Origin: Verrucomicrobiales bacterium
Lineage (GTDB): Bacteria > Verrucomicrobiota > Verrucomicrobiia > Verrucomicrobiales > V1-33
Reading direction: 5' to 3'
NCBI GenBank assembly: GCA_031411295.1
Contig: JANOAV010000197.1
Span: forward strand, 1-47,301
DNA length: 47,301 nt
Part shown: one piece after another, positions 26,986-35,377 of the stretch
Layout of the letters: every line of letters begins with the position of its first letter
Position numbering within the stretch: position 1 is the first letter of the stretch
Program-made: the position numbers and the translations under genes
Notes under the pieces: model-generated
Seen by the model: only the letters and a program-made list of their open reading frames with translations
What the model was told of the DNA's origin: nothing
The model's database searches: none

Positions 26986-28646
26986 TAAACGAACGAGGTA
27001 TTTTTAATGTCGAAACAATTATTCGAGACGCCTTTGACGCAGCCGAAATTGCTATCTCGTCATTAGAACAGCGCTCGTTCCCCGACGAGATAATTTATGT
27101 GGTTAAGGTGGTTGGGGATGATGAGTTTCGTCGCGGCAGCGAGATTGGCAATTCACTCGACTTGGAAATTCAAAACGCTGGAGTCAAAGGCTTTGTCACG
27201 GTGAGAAAGGCTGATGCAGATGAACCAAAGCAGGAAAAACCAACGGCAACTGGCGTAGGTAATCCTAAGGCAACGGACTTGATTAGTTTGCTTAACTCTA
27301 GGTCTAGAGCATCCGAGTTACAGCCCAGCCTGAGCTACGTTCCAGACACAGCATTCAATATCCGGACCGTGAGCGGCAATCGACACCACCTTATATTCGG
27401 CAGGAGAGGTGTAGGCAAGACAGCCCTAATGGTGGAGGCTAAACGCCTAGTGACTGAAGCAGGGCACGCCTCAGTATGGATCAATCTTCAAACGCTTCGC
27501 AAGGAGACCGTGGCACGTGCCTATTGTGTTATACTTCAAAGAGTTTGCGATTCAATGCAGATTCATTTTGGGTGCAAGTCACTACCTCCTACGGTTTTAT
27601 CACATATTCTGGAGCTAAATGAACAACTGGACCGTGCTTTGTTACAGGATGAAGTGAGCGACAAATTAATGGGTAGGTTGATTCCACGTGCTCAGAGGGT
27701 AATTCGCAGGTTTGTCGAGACGGCTGCGTGCCAACTTTTTCTGTTTATTGATGAGCTTCATTATTTCAACCGCACTGACCAACCAGCACTTCTCGACGCT
27801 TTGCACGGAAGTGTTCGGGATTGCAATGCTTGGTTGAAAATTGCTGGAATTCGTCACCTTTCCCGTTGGTTTCAACCGCATCCACCCCTCGGCTTACAAA
27901 CAGGCCATGATGCGGATCATGTGGACTTGGATATTACGTTGGAGAACCCCTCTAAAGCCAAAACCTTCTTGGAGCGGATTCTCGCCAGTTATGCACGCTC
28001 TGCTGGCATCCCCAGCCTCTCCGGCCTAATTATCGGGAACGCACTGGATCGCTTAGTGCTTGCCTCGGGTGCTGTTCCCCGAGATTACTTGGTTTTGTGT
28101 GGCGGTGCTATCCGTCAAGCTCAGCGGCGTGTTAAAGCTCGGCTTATAGGTGTTGAAGATATCAACAAGGCCGCAGGCGAAGCCGCGAAAGTAAAGCTCA
28201 CAGAACTCGAAGATGACACTTCAGGCACGACAAGGGCAAGGGATTTGGTAGGGAAGCTTAACTCGGTCAGAGCCTTTTGCCTGGAAGAAAAAAAGTTTAC
28301 ATTCTTCCGGATCGAGTTCGCCGACAAGGAAACCCACCCTATTGAGTATAGCTACATTCAGGATCTCATGGATCTCCGGTTAGTTCATTTAATTGACGCT
28401 AGTTTATCAGATCAACATGCAGCGGGGAATCGGTCTGAAGTATACATGCTTGACTTAAGTCAATTCTCCGGACAACGGCTCAAAAAGAACCTTAAAGCTT
28501 TGGATTTCAGTAACGGGCATCTGGTCCTCAAGGAGACAGGAACGGCAGCTGTTGCGAAGGTTGGTGCAAGGCCCACAGATCGCATCGGAATCTTAAGAAG
28601 AGGCCCAGTATTTCAATTGAGCCGTCTCGCTGACGTGCCTATTTAA
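26982..28646 (+). CDS. P-loop ATPase (ORC/CDC6- or STAND-like) with extra N-terminal alpha/beta domain and probable C-terminal winged helix
   Basis: Walker A GRRGVGKT, Walker B LFLFIDE, ASGAVPRD (GxPR-like), C-terminal IQDLMDLRLVHLI...EVYMLD. AAAGGA RBS and ATGA overlap with the HEPN stop. Confidence 0.8.
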   Translation: MINERGIFNVETIIRDAFDAAEIAISSLEQRSFPDEIIYVVKVVGDDEFRRGSEIGNSLDLEIQNAGVKGFVTVRKADADEPKQEKPTATGVGNPKATDLISLLNSRSRASELQPSLSYVPDTAFNIRTVSGNRHHLIFGRRGVGKTALMVEAKRLVTEAGHASVWINLQTLRKETVARAYCVILQRVCDSMQIHFGCKSLPPTVLSHILELNEQLDRALLQDEVSDKLMGRLIPRAQRVIRRFVETAACQLFLFIDELHYFNRTDQPALLDALHGSVRDCNAWLKIAGIRHLSRWFQPHPPLGLQTGHDADHVDLDITLENPSKAKTFLERILASYARSAGIPSLSGLIIGNALDRLVLASGAVPRDYLVLCGGAIRQAQRRVKARLIGVEDINKAAGEAAKVKLTELEDDTSGTTRARDLVGKLNSVRAFCLEEKKFTFFRIEFADKETHPIEYSYIQDLMDLRLVHLIDASLSDQHAAGNRSEVYMLDLSQFSGQRLKKNLKALDFSNGHLVLKETGTAAVAKVGARPTDRIGILRRGPVFQLSRLADVPI

Positions 28647-29265
28647 ACATGGGAGAGTGGGCCTCGCGTAGGACACAGCGCTACACCATATAAACTTTTG
28701 GAAGCAAAACCGAGAGTCGGAGAAGAATGATCGATTGTTGTTATTTTGCAATCCTCTGTCATCGCAGTCGCTTCCGCACGCGAAACGCGCAGGAAGTGGA
28801 GTTGTTGCTAGTTGGATTTCTCTCCGACCATGGGGCTAAGGTCGTCAATGTTTTGGGCGTGGGGAAGGACTTCCCGTAGTTCTGTGATTTCTGAGGCGGT
28901 ATGAACCTCGATGAGGATGAGATCATTGGCAGGTCTAGCTGTGCTGCAGGCGCAGGGACAAACCATTCCCAAGCCGCCGGTGGACGGATTGCATCGCTGT
29001 GCCGCGCGTGTGCAACTGGTGGAGACGCTGAAAGCCCTCGGAAATCAAGAGGCCGCCAAGCGCAACGTGGAGCATGCAAGGCCACCTAGACAGAGAAAAT
29101 CAAAATTGATCGAGCCCCCCGCCAAGTTCCTCCGTGAATGCGCCGATGATCTTGGAAATTTCTTCTAGAGTGCAGGGCTGATCGCTAGTAGGAAAGCAGA
29201 CTCGCGCCTAGCCACTGCATCGCTGCTGCGTGATGGTGTTCCTCTCCAACGATCATTTCCTAATC

Positions 29266-32200
29266 ATGACATTTAAAACTATCTTCCACTACGGTTTCGC
29301 TGGCGTCCTGCTCGCGCTGCTCAGTCCTCTTAGTGCCGCCGAGGCATTGGTGAAATTGCAAAAGGGTGATCATATCGCCATTGTGGGGAGCGGACTGGCC
29401 GACCGCCAGCAGCATCATGGCTGGCTGGAAGCGTTGATTCATCAGGCGAATCCAGAGGCGCAATTAACCATTCGCAACTTGGGCTTTGCGGCGGATGAAG
29501 TGAATGTCCACCCACGTTCGGCGGATGTTCCCCCGACCGAATATTTCCTGGCGATGAAGCAAGGCGATACGCCCGCCAAGCACAACGCGAACATCATTTA
29601 CAAGGCAGGGACGGATTTTGGCGCGGATGTGATCTTCGCTTACTGGGGTTTCAACGAATCTTTCCGTGGCCCTGCGGGGGTGGATGCCTTCAAGGAGGCG
29701 TTGGGGAAATATTTGGACGCGCAATTGGCGGCCAAATACAATGGGAAAGAAGCGCCTCGCGTGGTGCTGTTCTCGCCCATTGCGCAGGAGAATTTGAAAA
29801 ATCCTGACTTCACTGATGGCGAGGTGAACAATGCCAATCTGGCGCTTTACACCAAGGCCATGGCTGAGGTGGCGCAGGCGAAGCACGTTCCGTTTGTGGA
29901 TCTCTATGCCCCATCGCGCGAAATGTTCGCCAAATCCGCCACACCCCTTACGATCAATGGCATTCACCTGACGGAAGCGGGCGATCGCCAACTGGCTCCC
30001 GTGCAATTCAAAGCCCTCTTCGGCGTGGACGCTGCGTCCACTGCGGATGATCGGGTCGGCAAAATTCGCGCTGCGGTGATTGAAAAAAATACCGAATGGC
30101 ACCATCGCTATCGCACGGTGGATCAGTTCAACATTTACGGAGATCGTTCGCGTGGGGCCTATGAAGGCGTCATCAATGCCGTGACCTTGGGGGTGGAAAT
30201 GGCGCAGCGCGATGTGAAGACGGCCAATCGGGATCAGCGGGTGTGGGCCGTGGCCAAGGGTGGAGATCTGAAGGTGACGGACGACAATTTACCACCGGTG
30301 CCCCCCGTTCCACCGAACCGCAAGGAGCCGGTGCCTTATCTCAGCGGGGAAGAAGCGCTGAAGCACCTGAAGCTAGCCAAGGGCTGCAAAGCGGAATTTA
30401 TCGCCTCCGAAGAAACGTTTCCGGATCTGGTGAATCCCGTGCAGATGAATTTCGATACCAAGGGCCGCCTCTGGATTGCCGCTTGGCCGAGCTATCCGGA
30501 GACGACGCCCACGACGAAGGTTTTCGATAAGTTGCTGGTGCTGGACCTGGATCCCAAGACTGGCAAGATCGCGAAGATGACGACGTTCGCGGATGGCTTG
30601 AATTGCCCCACTGGATTCCAATTTTACAAAGACGGCGTGCTGGTAATGCAATCGCCTGATCTCTGGTTCCTGCGCGATACCGATGGCGACGGCAAGGCTG
30701 ACACACGGGAGCGTGTGCTGCATGGACTGGATGCTGCGGACTCGCACCACGAAACGAACTCCATTTGTTACGAACCCGGCGGTGCGGTCTATCTTAGTGA
30801 CGGTGTCTTCCATCGCACGAACGTGGAAACATTCGACGGCCCGGTGCGCAATACGGATGGGGCGATCTACCGCTATGAACCACGGACGGGGAAATTCATG
30901 CGCCACGCCCCTTACGGCTTCGCGAACCCGCACGGCCGAGTCTTCGATTACTGGGGTAACGATCTCATCACCGACGCCACGGGCAATGATAACTATTTCG
31001 GTCCAGGCTTCAGTGGCCATCTGGATTCAGGCTCCCACTCAGGCTATCAAACATTCTGGAATCGGCCATCACGGCCCTGTCCCGGCACAGCCATCCTTTC
31101 CAGTGGTCATTTCCCTGATGACTGGCAGGGAGAATTTCTCAACACGAATGTGATCAGTATCCAAGGGATCTTCCGTGCCAAAATCACGGAGGAAGGCTCC
31201 GGCATCAAAGGCGAGACGCTGGAAAATTTGGTGGAAACTAACGTAAGCGCGAACCCGAATTTCCGCCCCTCTGGCATAGCCGTGGCGCCAGATGGCTCGC
31301 TCTATTTTATGGATTGGTCGCAAATGCTGATCGGCCACTTGCAGCATCACTTGCGCGACCCGAATCGGGATCACCAACATGGTCGCCTCTATCGCATCAC
31401 TTACGAAGGTCGGCCCTTGCTTACGCCAAAGCAGATCGATGGCGCGTCCATTCCTGCGTTGCTGGAATTGCTGAAGGAACATGAGGACAACGTTCGTCAG
31501 CGGGCGAAGATCGAGCTCGACAAGCATGACACGATGCAAGTGATTGCCGCCTTGAAGACTTGGATCAGCGGCCTGGACCCCAAAGACCCAGCATTTGAAC
31601 ACCATCGGCTCGAAGGTCTGTGGGTTCATCAATGGCACAACGTGGTCGATCTCGATCTGCTCAAGACAATCTTGAAATCACCCGAACCTCGCGCTCGGGC
31701 GCAAGCCGTGCGCGTGCTGGGCTACTGGCGTGATCGGGTGCCGGATGGCTTGGCGCTGCTGAAAATTGCCGCCAATGATCCCGCTCCGCGCGTCCGCTTG
31801 GAAGCGGTCCGCGTGGCCAGTTACTATCGTCAATGGGAGGCGGCGGATGTCGCGCTGACCGTGAAGAAACATCCCACGGATTACTACATCGACTACTGCT
31901 TGAAGGAAACGCTGCGCCAGCTCGCACCTTGGATGCAGACTGCCATTTCCGAAGGCAAGCCACTGGCGGAAGATAATCCGGCTGGAATCGAAATGGTGCT
32001 GGGCTCCGTGAGCAATGCCGATTTACCCAAGCTCCCAAAGACCTCCGTGACCCTGATGGCCATGCTGACGCGGCCGAACATGACCGCCGCACAGCGATTG
32101 GAAGCTCTGGCGGATCTGGCGAAATTGAAGAACGCTTCTTCCATCGATACGCTGCTAGCTGCTCTGGTTCCTGTCGCGAAAAACAGCAGTGCCAGCGAAG

Positions 32201-33669
32201 ACCTCTGCCGCATGATTCTTCAGCAACCTGCCGCCGACCTCAAGGGGGCCCGGGCCGCCTTGGAGAAATTAACTGCTTCAGAAAACCTCGCCATCGTTCG
32301 TCAGTCTGCCACGGCGGCTTTGATCTCGGTGGATGGGAAAATCGACGATGCGTGGAACGCGTCCGTAAAGTCACCGGCGGCACTGAAAAATTTCCTCGAA
32401 GCCCTGCCACTGATCCCCGACGCCACCGTCCGCAGCACGGCCTTCGATAAAGTGCTGGCATTGCTATCCACCTTCCCACCGCAGATCGCAGCAGCTTTGC
32501 AGAAAGACAAAATGGGTGCCGCGCGCTATGTGCGCATTGAGTTGCCACGCAATGGCACGCTGACTCTGGCGGAGGTGCAAATCTTCGCAGATGAAACCAA
32601 CGTTTCCAAAAACTGTGTCGCCAAGCAATCCAGCACTTCAAATGGTGGCGAGGCGCAACGGGCCCTCGACGGCAATACCAATAGTGATTTCAACAGCGGC
32701 ACCCAAACGCACACCAATGAGGACGAAAAGAATCCTTGGTGGGAGGCTGATCTGAAGTCGGATCAACCGCTTAGTGCCATTGTGATCTGGAATCGCGCTG
32801 GGTTTGAAAACCGGTTGGATAAATTCACGCTCACGGTGCTGGATTCAGAGCGTCACGAAATTTTCAAACAAGCCAATATCCCGGCTCCACGACTTTCCAG
32901 TCGCTTCGAAATCCCCAATGACCCCACTGCAGGCGTGCGTCGCGCGGCCATCCGCGTGCTACCAATGCTAGGTAACGATGCCGCCAAAGCTTTCACTGCG
33001 CTCGCTGGCGTGTTGCAGAAGAATGAGGAAATACCCGCTGCCGCCAAAGCGCTGGTGCAACTTCCGCGCACCGCCTGGTCCAAAGATCTGGCTGGTCCTG
33101 CCGCCGGAGCCTTGGTCGAATGGGCTCGCAAAGTGCCAGTGGCTGGTCGCACCTCACAAGATTACGTCGAAGTGGTGCAAGCCGCCAATGAACTCGCCTC
33201 GCTCCTGCCGCCGGACCGTGCGGCCGCGGCCCGCAAGGTGCTCAGCGAATTGCATGTTGATGTCTTCGTCATCAAAACCGTCCGCGAACAAATGCGCTAC
33301 GACACCCCGCAACTGATCGTGACCGCCGGCAAACCATTCCAGATCATCTTCGAAAACGCCGATGCGATGCCCCACAACATGGTCTTCGTCCAACCCGGCA
33401 CCGCCCAAGCCGTGGCCGAGTCCGTCCAGACGCAAGCTCCAGATAAATTGGACGGCCAGGGTCGGGCCTACATGCCAGCCAACGCTCAAGGCATCTTTGC
33501 CGCCACCAAACTCATCGAAGCGGGCCAGAAGGAAACGTTCACCGTGAATGCTCCGGCCACGGAAGGCACCTACGAATACGTCTGCACCTTCCCCGGACAC
33601 TGGGCCATCATGCGCGGCAAACTCATCGTCACCAAGGACGTGGAAGCCTACCACAAGTCCCAAAAATAA
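29266..33669 (+). CDS. PVC-type multidomain dehydrogenase-like protein: SGNH-like, beta-propeller, HEAT repeats, discoidin/F-type lectin, cupredoxin
   Basis: Signal peptide, TINGIHL, NPVQMNFDTKGRLW, DTDGDGKAD, FRPSGIAVAPDGSLY, HEAT repeats (PRARAQAVR, PRVRLEAVR), THT..EKNPWWEADL lectin motif, PHN...YVCTFPGHWAIM type-1 copper site. Confidence 0.88.
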   Translation: MTFKTIFHYGFAGVLLALLSPLSAAEALVKLQKGDHIAIVGSGLADRQQHHGWLEALIHQANPEAQLTIRNLGFAADEVNVHPRSADVPPTEYFLAMKQGDTPAKHNANIIYKAGTDFGADVIFAYWGFNESFRGPAGVDAFKEALGKYLDAQLAAKYNGKEAPRVVLFSPIAQENLKNPDFTDGEVNNANLALYTKAMAEVAQAKHVPFVDLYAPSREMFAKSATPLTINGIHLTEAGDRQLAPVQFKALFGVDAASTADDRVGKIRAAVIEKNTEWHHRYRTVDQFNIYGDRSRGAYEGVINAVTLGVEMAQRDVKTANRDQRVWAVAKGGDLKVTDDNLPPVPPVPPNRKEPVPYLSGEEALKHLKLAKGCKAEFIASEETFPDLVNPVQMNFDTKGRLWIAAWPSYPETTPTTKVFDKLLVLDLDPKTGKIAKMTTFADGLNCPTGFQFYKDGVLVMQSPDLWFLRDTDGDGKADTRERVLHGLDAADSHHETNSICYEPGGAVYLSDGVFHRTNVETFDGPVRNTDGAIYRYEPRTGKFMRHAPYGFANPHGRVFDYWGNDLITDATGNDNYFGPGFSGHLDSGSHSGYQTFWNRPSRPCPGTAILSSGHFPDDWQGEFLNTNVISIQGIFRAKITEEGSGIKGETLENLVETNVSANPNFRPSGIAVAPDGSLYFMDWSQMLIGHLQHHLRDPNRDHQHGRLYRITYEGRPLLTPKQIDGASIPALLELLKEHEDNVRQRAKIELDKHDTMQVIAALKTWISGLDPKDPAFEHHRLEGLWVHQWHNVVDLDLLKTILKSPEPRARAQAVRVLGYWRDRVPDGLALLKIAANDPAPRVRLEAVRVASYYRQWEAADVALTVKKHPTDYYIDYCLKETLRQLAPWMQTAISEGKPLAEDNPAGIEMVLGSVSNADLPKLPKTSVTLMAMLTRPNMTAAQRLEALADLAKLKNASSIDTLLAALVPVAKNSSASEDLCRMILQQPAADLKGARAALEKLTASENLAIVRQSATAALISVDGKIDDAWNASVKSPAALKNFLEALPLIPDATVRSTAFDKVLALLSTFPPQIAAALQKDKMGAARYVRIELPRNGTLTLAEVQIFADETNVSKNCVAKQSSTSNGGEAQRALDGNTNSDFNSGTQTHTNEDEKNPWWEADLKSDQPLSAIVIWNRAGFENRLDKFTLTVLDSERHEIFKQANIPAPRLSSRFEIPNDPTAGVRRAAIRVLPMLGNDAAKAFTALAGVLQKNEEIPAAAKALVQLPRTAWSKDLAGPAAGALVEWARKVPVAGRTSQDYVEVVQAANELASLLPPDRAAAARKVLSELHVDVFVIKTVREQMRYDTPQLIVTAGKPFQIIFENADAMPHNMVFVQPGTAQAVAESVQTQAPDKLDGQGRAYMPANAQGIFAATKLIEAGQKETFTVNAPATEGTYEYVCTFPGHWAIMRGKLIVTKDVEAYHKSQK

Positions 33670-33675
33670 GGCCTC

Positions 33676-35220
33676 TCACAGACTCCCGCCGACATAGTCC
33701 TGACAGAGGAAGACGCGGATGCGTCGCACCACGGCACCGTAGCGCCTCACCTCAAAGACCAGCAGTGGGCGCACCGTGGTGAAGCTCCCGGCTAGTGCGG
33801 CCGGTGGACCGATGCGTTCGGCGGAATCTGTCAAGAACAGTGCGCTGCGTCCAGCCATGGGTGTGGGAGTGGATTCATCGCCCGAGTCTTCGTCGTAGCG
33901 TGGCCAGAAGGCGTATTGGCTGTGGAAGCTGGGAGTTTCCAGCAACTGCACCCGAGGCCAGTCCGGGGAGGCTTGGTAGCCAGTGACCTGGGCAGGTAAA
34001 TGATAGTCGAGCACTGCGGCCAGTTCCGGAGTCTCAGCGATCAATAACACGCCTGCGGGAATTTCAGCCACGGTGTCCTGCACGATGCGTTCTACCTCCA
34101 GGGCGGTTTCCCGCCAGCCATGCCAGGTCCGAGTCACGTCCCAGCCATATTCCCGCACGATGCCAGCCCGCCGCAGGAGATCCGTATTGCCCAACAGTAA
34201 ACTTACCAGGGCGGCTAAACCAAGCGCGCACCATTGCCAGAGGCTGCGCTGGTCCCGCACTGCGGAACTGGGCTGCCAGAAAATGGCCAGCAATCCGCAC
34301 AGTGCAGGTAGAATGGGGATCAGCCACGATGTCCGCCCCAGACCAAACCAAGCACCGATGCATCCTAAAACCAAGGCTGGCAGCACCCAGGCCAGCAGGA
34401 AAAAGGACGCGTCATCCCGCTCCCTGGCCCGGGCAATTTGGGTGCCGGCCCAAGCCGCTGCCACCAGCAGCAACGGAGAAATTCCCACCAACAACTGGGC
34501 CCACCAGGATAACCACCGTCCGCCGTCCGCCCAAGTGCGTTCGGCCCAGCCGAACTCCACCAGCCAGCGATCCGTCAAGGCTCCCGCATGATAGCCATCC
34601 CAGAGTAGTAACGGCAACCACCCCACTAGCACCCAGGCTCCCAGCAAGAGCCACGGACCTGGACGCAACCAACGTTTGCGCCAGCGGCGGGAGACACTCA
34701 GCACGAAGATCATCCCCAAGGGCACGCCCACTGCTCCCCAGTGGCTTAACAGCGCGAGCCCCCACACCGCGCCGGCGGCGGGCCAGCGCCATTCCCAGGC
34801 ACTTGCCTTGTGGAGCCCCTGCCACAACCAAAACATGCCTAACAGCGTGAAATCTGCCGCCAACCATTCCGGCTGGAATTGAGTGGCCCCCAAATTAAAC
34901 GCCGACAGCAAATTCAAAATCACTACGGCCCACGCGGCCACCCGCTCAGCCGCCAGCGCCTGGATCAATTTAAATAGGAGCCAACTCCCCACCAAGGCCA
35001 TCAGGGGTGCGGCCCAACGAATGGAGAGGGCGGATTTTCCAAACCATCCAACCAGCAGCGTTCCCAACCCGCCTCCATCCACCCCAAGATAGTCACGATG
35101 CTGGGCCAGTTGGTAAATGTAGGCTTCCTGCGGAGTAACCTCCATGCTGGCAGCCAGCGCCCAACGCACCAGCGTTAGCAACGCCAGCGTGAGGAGCATA
35201 AGTCGGGATAAGGATTGCAT
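33676..35220 (-). CDS. Glycosyltransferase family 39 (ArnT/PMT-like) integral membrane protein
   Basis: EAY near the N-terminus, many TM helices, W+N/D...GA loop and a soluble C-terminal domain. The usual DE and DHPP motifs are diverged (QEAY, DGGG). Confidence 0.7.
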   Translation of the reverse strand: MQSLSRLMLLTLALLTLVRWALAASMEVTPQEAYIYQLAQHRDYLGVDGGGLGTLLVGWFGKSALSIRWAAPLMALVGSWLLFKLIQALAAERVAAWAVVILNLLSAFNLGATQFQPEWLAADFTLLGMFWLWQGLHKASAWEWRWPAAGAVWGLALLSHWGAVGVPLGMIFVLSVSRRWRKRWLRPGPWLLLGAWVLVGWLPLLLWDGYHAGALTDRWLVEFGWAERTWADGGRWLSWWAQLLVGISPLLLVAAAWAGTQIARARERDDASFFLLAWVLPALVLGCIGAWFGLGRTSWLIPILPALCGLLAIFWQPSSAVRDQRSLWQWCALGLAALVSLLLGNTDLLRRAGIVREYGWDVTRTWHGWRETALEVERIVQDTVAEIPAGVLLIAETPELAAVLDYHLPAQVTGYQASPDWPRVQLLETPSFHSQYAFWPRYDEDSGDESTPTPMAGRSALFLTDSAERIGPPAALAGSFTTVRPLLVFEVRRYGAVVRRIRVFLCQDYVGGSL

Positions 35221-35377
35221 AGTGATTTCGCGGAAAAGCAGCAAACGCGAAACCATACATAACGCAATGAAAAAGCCGCAGACATCCCGTGGCGGATGTT
35301 CAGCCCAAGCTCCCAGATTGGGAAATTACGTCTTTCCGCCATTGCCGAAGGGCGCACGATACAGGATGCTCTACTCC

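Noticed and set aside
28728..29168. Short ORFs after the ATPase (e.g. 28911..29168) as a third system component or pseudogene
   Set aside because: No recognisable motif, RBS or coupling. It may be a gene remnant at the island edge, but I cannot support that.
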